A stretch of 64,000 nt of DNA from Candidatus Omnitrophota bacterium (GTDB lineage: Bacteria; Omnitrophota; Gorgyraeia; Zapsychrales; Fredricksoniimonadaceae). Of this stretch, positions 48,932 through 59,014 are shown piece by piece. The translations under genes and the position numbers were made by a program. A model generated the notes under the pieces. The model was not told the origin of the DNA, did no database searches, and worked only from the letters and a program-made list of their open reading frames with translations. The stretch lies in the NCBI GenBank assembly GCA_903860135.1, contig CAIOPG010000014.1:23180-87179 (forward strand), read 5' to 3'. Within the stretch, counting starts at the first letter, position 1. Every line of letters starts with the position of its first letter.

Positions 48932-50038
48932 CTACATCTGCGCTTCCAAGAATTTCTGAATCTCTTCCTTCTTGGGCAACTCCAGTTGGTACTTCTTCAC
49001 AAACAGTTTGTTGTCCATCCCGGCCAACGCATATTCTATCTTTGCGTGATTCTTGCTCGTACATAGTAAAATGCCGACCGGCGGATTATCGCCGGTGGTC
49101 ATGGCGTTCTTCCAGTACCAATTAACATAAGTATTAAGCTGGCCCACATGCTCATGCTTAAACTCATCTGCCTTCAGTTCAATAAGCACGTGGCATTTCA
49201 GAATGCGGTGATAGAAAACGAGATCGACAAAAGCATGTTCGTCGTCGAGAAGAATGCGTTTCTGGCGCGCTTCAAAACAGAAACCGTGTCCAAGCTCCAG
49301 TAAAAATTCCTGTAAACGATCCAGAAGTGCGTCTTCAAGGTGGGACTCGCCCATAACCTCTTGGGGCTTTAACCCGAGGAATTCAAATACATACGGATCC
49401 CGGACGGTAAATTCCGGTTTATCTGTCTGTGCTTTCTCGGCCACTAATGCCGCGAGCTTCTTTTTGTTTTTTGATAAGCCGGAACGTTCAAAGTATAGCG
49501 TCACAATTTGACGTTTGAGTTCCCGCACCGACCAATTGCCACGCAGACACTCATGCTCATAAAAGGTCCGCTTAAGAGGATCGTCGGTTTCAAACAACAT
49601 TTCAAAATGGCTATACGATAAGCATGAAAGCAGTTTTTCCGGATCGGTTTCCAATTGTGCGGACGGTGTCCGCACTTTCTCAAGCGACTTTATCGTCGAC
49701 AAAGACAACTGTTTAAATTGTGCGGACACTGTCCGCACAATTTGAGGATATGCCCTATAAAAAGTCATGTAGTTATAAAGTTGCCTGCGTCCACAGCCGC
49801 TAATTTTATAATCCACAAGCTTGAGAGTTAACTCATCGACCAGACGTTGTCCATACTTAGCCCTATCGGCTCCTCGCAATTCAAATTCTGCAATATACAT
49901 TCCAATAAGCCAATTACGCAACGTGAGGCTTATATTGACCGCTTTGGCGGCTTGAGCTGAAAAGGTTTCATTCACTGAACAGATGGATTGAACCAGTTGA
50001 TCAAATGTGAACTGTTTTGTCTTCGGAGAACTGCTCAT
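48932..50038 (-). CDS. YhcG-like protein (DUF1016 N-domain plus PD-(D/E)xK nuclease domain)
   Basis: C-terminal FVDLVFYHRILKCHVLIELKADEFKHEHVGQLNTYVNWY is the characteristic YhcG/PDDEXK_10 region. Confidence 0.75.
   Translation of the reverse strand: MSSSPKTKQFTFDQLVQSICSVNETFSAQAAKAVNISLTLRNWLIGMYIAEFELRGADRAKYGQRLVDELTLKLVDYKISGCGRRQLYNYMTFYRAYPQIVRTVSAQFKQLSLSTIKSLEKVRTPSAQLETDPEKLLSCLSYSHFEMLFETDDPLKRTFYEHECLRGNWSVRELKRQIVTLYFERSGLSKNKKKLAALVAEKAQTDKPEFTVRDPYVFEFLGLKPQEVMGESHLEDALLDRLQEFLLELGHGFCFEARQKRILLDDEHAFVDLVFYHRILKCHVLIELKADEFKHEHVGQLNTYVNWYWKNAMTTGDNPPVGILLCTSKNHAKIEYALAGMDNKLFVKKYQLELPKKEEIQKFLEAQM
49653..49742. repeat. Two in-frame copies of a 24-bp palindrome (AATTGTGCGGAC-nnn-GTCCGCACAATT) inside the yhcG-like gene
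   Basis: Copies at 49653-49675 and 49716-49742. Each encodes VRT(V/P)SAQ. Confidence 0.6.
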
Positions 50039-50220
50039 ATTAAATGCCCTCATTCTTTAAACTATTCAATAATTTTGACGCATTTTAATAAACGCTTCGA
50101 GATCCGCCGGTTTCACGTCCCAGCGGCCGATTTTAATCCAATGTAAGAATAAATTCTTTTGTTCCCTGCGTCAAGGGATGATTGCGCACGATTGTGTGGG
50201 GGGCGCCAGGATTAAATGAA

Positions 50221-50252
50221 GAAAGACCGCCATAAAGCGGTCTTTCTTGTTA
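50221..50252. terminator. Hairpin terminator (AAGACCGC-loop-GCGGTCTT + T-run) downstream of tRNA-Glu
   Basis: Perfect 8-bp stem 3 nt after the tRNA 3' end. Confidence 0.6.
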
Positions 50253-50254
50253 TT

Positions 50255-50331
50255 TGGTAGCCCCAACCGGATTTGAACCGGTGTTTGCTGGCTGAGAACC
50301 AGCCGTCCTGACCAGGCTAGACGATGGGGCC
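50255..50331 (-). tRNA. tRNA-Glu (anticodon CTC)
   Basis: Acceptor GGCCCCA/TGGGGCT, anticodon stem GCTGG/CCAGC with loop TTCTCAG, T-loop GGTTCAAATCC, CCA encoded. Confidence 0.8.
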
Positions 50332-50402
50332 AAAAGAGGTCATGAATATAACATAGAAACTTTTTTTTGCAAAAACCTTTTTTCGAGTCGCAGTCGAAAG
50401 CC

Positions 50403-50431
50403 TTGACATTTATCCCCCGCGCAGGTATTAT
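50403..50431 (+). promoter_or_regulatory. sigma70-type promoter for amtB (TTGACA-17 nt-TATTAT)
   Basis: Consensus -35 and near-consensus -10 with a 17-nt spacer, 130 nt upstream of the ATG. Confidence 0.6.
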
Positions 50432-50440
50432 TTCAAAATT

Positions 50441-50545
50441 CCGGATCAACAACGGCGTTGATCCGGATCGCAATGTTGCTTTCTTTCGGGCACTGATGCC
50501 CGGTTCTCCAATCTTCCATTGGTGAGCCGGGCTTTTTTATTTTCA
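50441..50545 (+). promoter_or_regulatory. Structured amtB leader: hairpin 1 (50441-50466), hairpin 2 (50487-50502) mutually exclusive with an intrinsic terminator (50498-50545)
   Basis: CCGGATCAAC..GTTGATCCGG; CGGGC-actgat-GCCCG; GCCCGGTTCTCCAAT-cttcc-ATTGGTGAGCCGGGC followed by TTTTTTATTTT. The SD AGGAGG follows only 6 nt after the T-run. Confidence 0.55.
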
Positions 50546-50562
50546 ATAACAGGAGGTCGCAC

Positions 50563-51801
50563 ATGCATCAACCGCTGATGATCAACGCCGGAGATACCGC
50601 CTGGGTTCTGCTGTGCGCAGGGCTTGTCCTTCTCATGACGCCCGCCCTGGCCTTTTTTTACGGCGGTATGGTGCGGCGCAAGAATATCCTCGCCATCCTG
50701 ATGAAATGTTTCGCGTGCCTGGGCATCATCCTCCTGGCCTGGGCCATCTACGGTTATTCGCTCGCCTTCGGCCGCGGCAACGGCTTCATCGGCGGACTCG
50801 AATGGGCCTGGCTCAAAGGTGTCGGTGCCGCTCCCAATCCAAACTACGCACCGTCAATCCCCCACAGCGCCTTCATGATCTTTCAAGCTATGTTCGCGGT
50901 CATCACACCTGCCGTTATCATCGGGTCGCTGGTCGAGCGCATCAAATTCTCCGCTTTCCTGATCTTCGCCATTCTGTGGCTGACGCTGGTCTATATCCCG
51001 ATCTGCCATATGGTCTGGAGCACCGACGGCTGGCTGCGCGCGATGGGCGTCCTGGACTTTGCCGGCGGCTGTGTCGTTGAGATCAACTGCGGTGTGGCCG
51101 GGCTTGTCAGCGCCCTCATCCTCGGCAAACGCATCGGCCTCACCCGGCCAACCCTGCACAACCTCCCCTTTGTCGTCCTGGGCGGAGGGCTGTTATGGTT
51201 CGGCTGGCTTGGCTTTAACGCCGGATCCGCCCTCGCGGCCAACGGGATCGCGGCCAATGCCTTCGTAAACACCAACCTTGCGGCAGCGGCGGCAGCCGTC
51301 AGCTGGGCGACGATTGAATGGCTCATAACAGGAAAACCCACCATGTTCGGCACGATCTCAGGCGTGATTGCCGGCCTTGTGGCCATAACGCCGGCCTGCG
51401 GCTTTGTGGAACCGTGGGCCGCCATGGTCATCGGATTTGTCGTCGGGCCTTTAAGCTTCTTTGCCGTCAGCACCATCAAACACAAATTCGGCTACGATGA
51501 TTCTCTCGATGCGTTCGGCGTGCACGGCGTGGGCGGTTTCTGGGGCATGATCGCCACAGGTCTTTTTGCGACCACCGCTGTCAACTCTTCGGGTAACAAC
51601 GGGCTTCTTCTGGGGAATATGGCTCTGCTCAAAACGCAACTTTTCGCAGCGTGCTTTACCGTCGCCTACTGTGCCGGTGCCACCGCCCTGATCGCCCTGG
51701 CCGTCAACAAACTGGTGGGCTTGAGGGTTTCTCCCGAAGAGGAAATTATGGGGCTGGATATCACCCAGCACTACGAACGCGCCTACACCATGCTGGAATA
51801 A
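50563..51801 (+). CDS. amtB: Ammonium transporter
   Basis: Amt/MEP family. About 11 TM. Motifs DFAGG and GxxxGR. Confidence 0.95.
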   Translation: MHQPLMINAGDTAWVLLCAGLVLLMTPALAFFYGGMVRRKNILAILMKCFACLGIILLAWAIYGYSLAFGRGNGFIGGLEWAWLKGVGAAPNPNYAPSIPHSAFMIFQAMFAVITPAVIIGSLVERIKFSAFLIFAILWLTLVYIPICHMVWSTDGWLRAMGVLDFAGGCVVEINCGVAGLVSALILGKRIGLTRPTLHNLPFVVLGGGLLWFGWLGFNAGSALAANGIAANAFVNTNLAAAAAAVSWATIEWLITGKPTMFGTISGVIAGLVAITPACGFVEPWAAMVIGFVVGPLSFFAVSTIKHKFGYDDSLDAFGVHGVGGFWGMIATGLFATTAVNSSGNNGLLLGNMALLKTQLFAACFTVAYCAGATALIALAVNKLVGLRVSPEEEIMGLDITQHYERAYTMLE

Positions 51802-51816
51802 CGAAAGGACATTGCC

Positions 51817-52158
51817 ATGCGCCTCATCACCGCCATCATCCAACCCCACCGCCTTGAAGAGGTCAAAAAAGAACTCTACGCCGCCGAGGTCAACCTGATC
51901 ACGGTCTCTGAGGCACTCGGCCATGGCCGGCAATTCGGCATCGATGAGTTCTATCGCGGCGTGAAAGAGACCGGTAATCTCCTGCGAAAAATACGCATCG
52001 ATATCGCCGTCAATGAAGCCTATGAAGAACGCACGGTCGCCGCCATCATCAAGGGCGCCAGGACCGGCAAGATCGGTGACGGTAAGATATTTGTTACCGA
52101 CCTTAAACGCTGCATCCGTATCCGTACCGGTGAAGAAGGGTCCAGTGCCATCGGCTAA
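51817..52158 (+). CDS. glnK: Nitrogen regulatory protein P-II (GlnK-type, cotranscribed with amtB)
   Basis: C-terminal P-II signature TGKIGDGKIFVTDLKRCIRIRTGEEG. Confidence 0.9.
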   Translation: MRLITAIIQPHRLEEVKKELYAAEVNLITVSEALGHGRQFGIDEFYRGVKETGNLLRKIRIDIAVNEAYEERTVAAIIKGARTGKIGDGKIFVTDLKRCIRIRTGEEGSSAIG

Positions 52159-52192
52159 ATAGCATCCGGTTTTTTATTCCGGGCGTCTCGAG

Positions 52193-52221
52193 TTGACACC
52201 GGCGAAAGAGTACAATACAAT
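52193..52221 (+). promoter_or_regulatory. sigma70-type promoter (TTGACA-17 nt-TACAAT) ending 6 nt before the FIST gene ATG
   Basis: Consensus hexamers. No Shine-Dalgarno between the -10 and the ATG, which suggests a leaderless or near-leaderless transcript. Confidence 0.5.
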
Positions 52222-52227
52222 AAATGA

Positions 52228-53415
52228 ATGTCTACCCAGATTGCGATCGGTTTTTCAAAAAACAGTGACCCTGTTGCCGCCTTTAAAGACGCGGCCATTC
52301 AGGTTAAAAATAAACTCAACGCTGTCCGCATCAATGCAGCGCTGGTTTTTGCCACAGAAGCCTACATGAACACCGAAGGCCTGGCAACCCTTCACAGCAT
52401 CCTTCAGCCCGAACACCTCATCGGATCACTCACACCGGGCATTCTCCTGGCTGACAAAGCCGAAACGCGCGGCGTTGGCATCCTGGGGATCATCTCCGAC
52501 GAATGGCATTTTGGGACCGCGGGCATCGACAAACTCAACCTGATCCCCGCGCGTGAGGCCGGCTTTAACTTGGCCAGACTCCTTGTTGCTGATCACAACA
52601 CGTCCAACCGCAATGCCGCCATTTGCTTTTACGACGGACTGCGCAAAAACAATACCCTTATCTGCGCCGGCATACGGGAAAGCCTCGGGCTTGCCATCCC
52701 TCTGTGCGGCGGCATCGGCCTCGACAGCGCTCATATAAAATACACCCGTCATTTTTTTCAGACCCGCATCCTGGACGACGCTGCGGTCGGTCTGATCATC
52801 GGCGGTGCCAGCATAACAGCGATCACCTCCCGGCAAAACTGGAAACCGCTGGGGAAACCCCGCATCATTGATGGAGCCAAAGCCAATATCATCCAGACCA
52901 TTGATAAACATCCGGCCATCAGCCTCTACGAAAATTACTTCCTTGAAAATGCAACCACACTGGAACAAACCCGGATCAACGATATCCGCCTACTTTATCC
53001 GCTGGGCATCGGCACCTCCAAAGCCAGGGAATACTTAATCCGCAACCCCATTGACATCCAAGCAGACGGTAGTATCGTATGTCAGGGAGAAATACCGGCA
53101 GGGAGTCCCGTGCACCTGATGATCACAGACAAAACAGCCTGCCGCCAGAGCATCCATGACGCCGCGCTTGATTTGCGCGAACAGCTTTTGGGGAAGACAC
53201 CAAAATTTGTGCTGGTCCTGGAGTCGTTTATCCGGCGCAAAGCCATGGGAGGCATTGACATCCCAACCATAAGCGCGATCCGTGATGTTCTGGGCAACAC
53301 CATCCCTATCTTTGGTATGTACACCCTCGGCGAGATCGCACCGCCAGGATCACTGAAAAATGTGCAAGCAACCCAGATGCTCAACGCGAGCCTTGTCCTC
53401 CTGGCGATCGGATAA
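52228..53415 (+). CDS. FIST-domain (FIST_N/FIST_C) sensory protein
   Basis: N-terminus IAIGFSKNSDPVAAFKDAAIQVKNKL...AALVFAT follows the FIST N-domain pattern. Confidence 0.7.
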   Translation: MSTQIAIGFSKNSDPVAAFKDAAIQVKNKLNAVRINAALVFATEAYMNTEGLATLHSILQPEHLIGSLTPGILLADKAETRGVGILGIISDEWHFGTAGIDKLNLIPAREAGFNLARLLVADHNTSNRNAAICFYDGLRKNNTLICAGIRESLGLAIPLCGGIGLDSAHIKYTRHFFQTRILDDAAVGLIIGGASITAITSRQNWKPLGKPRIIDGAKANIIQTIDKHPAISLYENYFLENATTLEQTRINDIRLLYPLGIGTSKAREYLIRNPIDIQADGSIVCQGEIPAGSPVHLMITDKTACRQSIHDAALDLREQLLGKTPKFVLVLESFIRRKAMGGIDIPTISAIRDVLGNTIPIFGMYTLGEIAPPGSLKNVQATQMLNASLVLLAIG

Positions 53416-53418
53416 CAT

Positions 53419-54978
53419 ATGCCCGGAATCAGCTACCCCATGCACCCGTTTGATATCACACCATTACTGTTAGGCTTAAATGTCACCCTTATCATTATAA
53501 GTAGCGTGCTCGCCTATTTCTTCATCGGCAAATCAGAAGATCTCAAAGACCTCCAATCCTCTTTCAAAAAGATTATAAACTCCTTCAATGAACTCGATGA
53601 ACAGGCCAAGCTTATTGTGAAAACCGACTTGGAACTTAACAAAGCCCAAGAAGAGCTCGACCGTCGCTTGATAGGACTAAGCACCTTGCAAACCCTGTCC
53701 CGCACCATCAGCAGAACCCTTGACGAACAAGAAATATTTCGAAAGATCGACAAAACCATCGCCACCGAGCTTGGCTTCACCCACCTGCTGGTTCTGTCTT
53801 ACGATGAAACCAACGGCTTTACCATACGCACCAATCTCGGCATTGACCCAGTCAAGATCGAACAGGCCCGCACGGAGCTCGGGCTGGATTTACAATTTCT
53901 CAGTGCACTCAAAGATGGCATGATCTTTTCATCCTTGAACTCATCTCAAAAAACAAAATCCCGCATCATCCAACTTTTAGAGAACGAACATTTTATCCTT
54001 TCCCCTCTATTGACCCAACGCGGTGTCGGCGGACTTCTTTTTGTGGGCAACCGTTACAGCGCCCCTGCCGTAACAGCCGGCGATGAAGAGCTGATCTCGA
54101 TCCTCGCCAGCCAACTGGCCCAGGCGCTGGAAAATTCACAGCTTTTTGAACAGGCCTACCACGCCAGTCAGACACTGGAAAGCAAGGTTGCCGAACGCAC
54201 CAAGGAACTTTCCATGGCCCTCAAGGATGTTGAGGATATTTCCAAGAAAAAGTCTGAATTCATCTCGGCGGTCTCCCATGAGCTCCGCACGCCCCTGACA
54301 TCCATTAAAGGCTATGCTTCGATCCTCATGACAGGCAAGGTTGGCGACATCCCCGACGCGGTCAAGGAACGCCTGGGCAAGATCAATACCCACTCCGACA
54401 ACCTTGTCAAACTCATCAATGACCTTCTGGATATTTCACGCATCGAATCCGGTCGTGTTGAAATGAAAACAACGCCCCATAACATCCGCCCGATGCTCGA
54501 CACCATTGCCGACCTGCTCACGCCTCAGCTTAACAATAAAGAGATATCGCTCAAGATCAACCTGCCGGTTGAGATGCCGGCCATTGAGTACGATACAACC
54601 CAGATGGATCGTGTCTTCATTAACCTTGTCAGCAACGCGATCAAATTCACCCCTGCAGGTGGCTTGATCACGATCAATGCCCAGCTGAACATGATGCGGG
54701 AAGAGGCAATCTTTGAAGTCGCCGATACCGGCATTGGGATCAACAAAGAAGATCTCCAGCGCATCTTCGACGAATTTTACCGTGTCGACAACGAGATCAA
54801 CCTAAAGGTCAAAGGCACAGGGCTTGGCCTTGCCCTCGCCAAAAACATTGTCGAAGCGCATTACGGTCACATATGGGTCACAAGCACCGTCGGACAAGGC
54901 ACGATCTTTCACTTCACCCTGCCTTTCCAACATAAAAATAAAGACCCCAAACAAAAAAATACCAGGTGGCATCCATGA
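53419..54978 (+). CDS. Histidine kinase with N-terminal TM, coiled coil and GAF-like domain
   Basis: H-box VSHELRTPLTSIKG; N, G1 and G2 boxes (LVSNAIKFT, DTGIGI, GTGLGLALAK). Confidence 0.85.
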   Translation: MPGISYPMHPFDITPLLLGLNVTLIIISSVLAYFFIGKSEDLKDLQSSFKKIINSFNELDEQAKLIVKTDLELNKAQEELDRRLIGLSTLQTLSRTISRTLDEQEIFRKIDKTIATELGFTHLLVLSYDETNGFTIRTNLGIDPVKIEQARTELGLDLQFLSALKDGMIFSSLNSSQKTKSRIIQLLENEHFILSPLLTQRGVGGLLFVGNRYSAPAVTAGDEELISILASQLAQALENSQLFEQAYHASQTLESKVAERTKELSMALKDVEDISKKKSEFISAVSHELRTPLTSIKGYASILMTGKVGDIPDAVKERLGKINTHSDNLVKLINDLLDISRIESGRVEMKTTPHNIRPMLDTIADLLTPQLNNKEISLKINLPVEMPAIEYDTTQMDRVFINLVSNAIKFTPAGGLITINAQLNMMREEAIFEVADTGIGINKEDLQRIFDEFYRVDNEINLKVKGTGLGLALAKNIVEAHYGHIWVTSTVGQGTIFHFTLPFQHKNKDPKQKNTRWHP

Positions 54979-55919
54979 AACGACCGAGCATCCTCATCAT
55001 CGACGATGACGAAGACATCCTTGATGTCCTGGAACTGACCTTGTCAGAAAAGTTCGATGTGGTCAAGGCAACCAATGGTCGAGATGGCCTCCAGCTTGCC
55101 CGCACGCACACGCCCGACATCATCATCACGGATTACATGATGCCGGTCATGAACGGGCCTGATTTCTGCAAGGAACTGCGCAAGGACCTCCTGCTCACAC
55201 ACATTCCCATTATCATGCTCACGGGGAAAGGGGATATTCGGGATATGGTCCTAGGGATCAACGCCGGCGCCGACGATTACCTTATAAAACCATTCGAACC
55301 TGAGAGCCTTCTGGCACGCATCAACATGATCGTTATGCGCACGATCAGAAACCTCGACGCCAACCCCCTTACCCACCTTCCGGGCAACGCCTCCATCATG
55401 GAAGAGATCCAGAACCGGATACAGAGCGGTGAAATCTTCGCGGTCGGTTACTGCGACCTGGACAAGTTTAAACTCTATAACGATAAATACGGTTTTGAAA
55501 AAGGCGATGATATCATCAAGGCGACTGCCCGCATCATCATCCAGGCGGCCAAAGAACACGGCAGGACCAACAGCTTCGTGGGGCATATTGGCGGCGACGA
55601 CTTCGTTTTTATCTGCGCTGACGCAATCGCCGATGCCATCAGCCAGAAGATCATCGACACCTTCAATGCAGTAACCCCGGAATTTTACAACGAAACAGAC
55701 CGAAAAGAAGGCTTTGTCATGGGCAAAGACCGGCAGGGGAATATCACCAAAGCCGGACTCCTATCCATTTCCATCGGAATTGTTTCCAATGCCTTCACTA
55801 AAATTACCCATACGGCACAAATCGGGGAAATCGGCGCAGAACTCAAGAAATTCGCCAAGGCACAGGACAAAAGCAACTACGTCCGTGATAAACGCAAGCG
55901 AGAAAGCCAAGAATCCTGA
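54966..55919 (+). CDS. Response regulator with receiver domain fused to a GGDEF-type domain carrying a GGDDF variant motif
   Basis: REC (ILIIDDDEDIL...IIITDYMMP...). The output domain aligns to diguanylate cyclases (LTHLPGN compared with LTGLPNR; CDLDKFKLYNDKYGFEKGD; HIGGDDFVFI compared with RYGGEEFVV). No RxxD I-site. Confidence 0.8.
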   Translation: MASMKRPSILIIDDDEDILDVLELTLSEKFDVVKATNGRDGLQLARTHTPDIIITDYMMPVMNGPDFCKELRKDLLLTHIPIIMLTGKGDIRDMVLGINAGADDYLIKPFEPESLLARINMIVMRTIRNLDANPLTHLPGNASIMEEIQNRIQSGEIFAVGYCDLDKFKLYNDKYGFEKGDDIIKATARIIIQAAKEHGRTNSFVGHIGGDDFVFICADAIADAISQKIIDTFNAVTPEFYNETDRKEGFVMGKDRQGNITKAGLLSISIGIVSNAFTKITHTAQIGEIGAELKKFAKAQDKSNYVRDKRKRESQES

Positions 55920-55932
55920 CACCAAAAGAAAA

Positions 55933-56274
55933 TTACATCATGGCAGTGCCCGTACACGGCAATCCCCCAAAAGCCGGCCGGGGGCAAGCACATTCTCTCA
56001 CCTTGACCCCATTAACAATTTTAGTATAATTGCACCATCCGCCATTGACTGGCGCGGGATTTACTTCTACATATTTTGATCCATCGTAATAACCACCCAT
56101 AATAGCCGTAGCACCCGTATCAAAATACTCTTTACCTTTATCATGGACTTGAGACAGGAACGCATATTTTGTGCCTGCAAGCGCCCCCAAGGTAATAAAG
56201 ACAACAACAACCATAACCAAAAGATACTCCATCATGCTCTGGGCTTTGGTATTTATATATTGGGGTATCAACAT
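55933..56274 (-). CDS. Type IV pilin-like protein with prepilin-type N-terminal cleavage/methylation motif and a Cys-rich C-terminus
   Basis: AGGAGA Shine-Dalgarno. The leader ...TKA is followed by QSMMEYLLVMVVVVFITLGALAG (Glu at +5, hydrophobic helix). Five Cys in the last 35 aa. Confidence 0.5.
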   Translation of the reverse strand: MLIPQYINTKAQSMMEYLLVMVVVVFITLGALAGTKYAFLSQVHDKGKEYFDTGATAIMGGYYDGSKYVEVNPAPVNGGWCNYTKIVNGVKVRECACPRPAFGGLPCTGTAMM

Positions 56275-56340
56275 TTTTCTCCTATGGTCTTATAAAAATC
56301 ACGCCATAACAATAATATAACATATCCATTTTATATTTGC

Positions 56341-57048
56341 TCAGAACAAGCGTTTCAAGCCAGCCACAACAGCAGTTGGATCATTGTTAGTAAAAAAATA
56401 ACTCGCCGTGATCAGGACATTCGCCCCAGCCCGAACAACTCCGGGTGCAGTTTCAGCATTCACACCGCCATCGACGCCGATATCGCCTTTGAACCCGGCA
56501 CCTCGCAACCATTCGATCTTGGGCAATGCTTCGGGAATGAACTTCTGTCCTGAGAAACCAGGCTGAACCGACATGACCAGCACCGCATCCATTTCACCCA
56601 AGATATCTTTAAGGCAAGCCACAGGAGTGCCAGGATTGATCGCCACACAGGCCTGCCGGCCTTGAGCACGGATCCGGCGCAGGTCAGCCGTTAATTGCCC
56701 CGCATCGAGCGTGTCAACCTCTTTGGGATACTGGCCATACGCCCGGCACGATGAACGCCGCGCGCCATAACACTCGGCATGAACCGCAATGGCACTGACC
56801 CCCGCCTCCATAAAAGCATCCAGGTAATCCCAAGGATGTTCGATCATCAGGTGGGCCACAACAGGAAGCCGTGTGTGACGGCAGGCAGCGGCCGCGACCA
56901 CCGGACCGATCGTAATATTAGGAACAAAATGCCCGTCCATCACATCCACATGGATACGATCAACCCCCGACCGTTCGCATAACTGAAGCGCCTCAGCGAT
57001 CTTCCCAAAATCTGCTGACAAAATACTGACACTAACCTCGGTTGCCAT
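56341..57048 (-). CDS. rpe: Ribulose-phosphate 3-epimerase
   Basis: ILSADF...DVMDGHFVPNITIGP and ...VMSVQPGFSGQKF. Somewhat longer than usual. Confidence 0.9.
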   Translation of the reverse strand: MATEVSVSILSADFGKIAEALQLCERSGVDRIHVDVMDGHFVPNITIGPVVAAAACRHTRLPVVAHLMIEHPWDYLDAFMEAGVSAIAVHAECYGARRSSCRAYGQYPKEVDTLDAGQLTADLRRIRAQGRQACVAINPGTPVACLKDILGEMDAVLVMSVQPGFSGQKFIPEALPKIEWLRGAGFKGDIGVDGGVNAETAPGVVRAGANVLITASYFFTNNDPTAVVAGLKRLF

Positions 57049-57111
57049 AACATTCTCCTGCCAATGAATATGTTCAGCGCAAATGATCTTTCACCTGCCT
57101 TATTTTGATAA

Positions 57112-57150
57112 TGAAAAAACCCGCACCATTAAGGGTTGCGGGTTTTGCCA
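57112..57150. terminator. Hairpin with flanking A-run and T-run after tRNA-Leu
   Basis: AAAAAACCCGCACC-attaa-GGGTTGCGGGTTTT. Confidence 0.5.
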
Positions 57151-57161
57151 TGGGACTTTAA

Positions 57162-57245
57162 TGGTGCGCGGGGTGGGACTTGAACCCACACGGGTTACCC
57201 CATACGCCCCTCAAACGTAAGTGTCTACCATTTCACCACCCGCGC
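57162..57245 (-). tRNA. tRNA-Leu (anticodon GAG)
   Basis: Acceptor GCGCGGG/CCCGCGC, anticodon loop TTGAGGG, long variable arm, T-loop GGTTCAAGTCC, CCA encoded. Confidence 0.8.
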
Positions 57246-57344
57246 AAAGCTTGCTTCAAAAAACAGAGGGAACGATCAAATTTAAGAACGAAATGATAGC
57301 ACGTTTCATTCCGGTGTCAAACTAAAATCTGCCAGGCAAAAAGT

Positions 57345-58952
<1,608 letters not shown>

Positions 58953-59014
58953 TTATCCATAAGAAAGAAGAAACCTTCACCGAAATACTCCGCAAACCCA
59001 ACAACAATTGTAGT

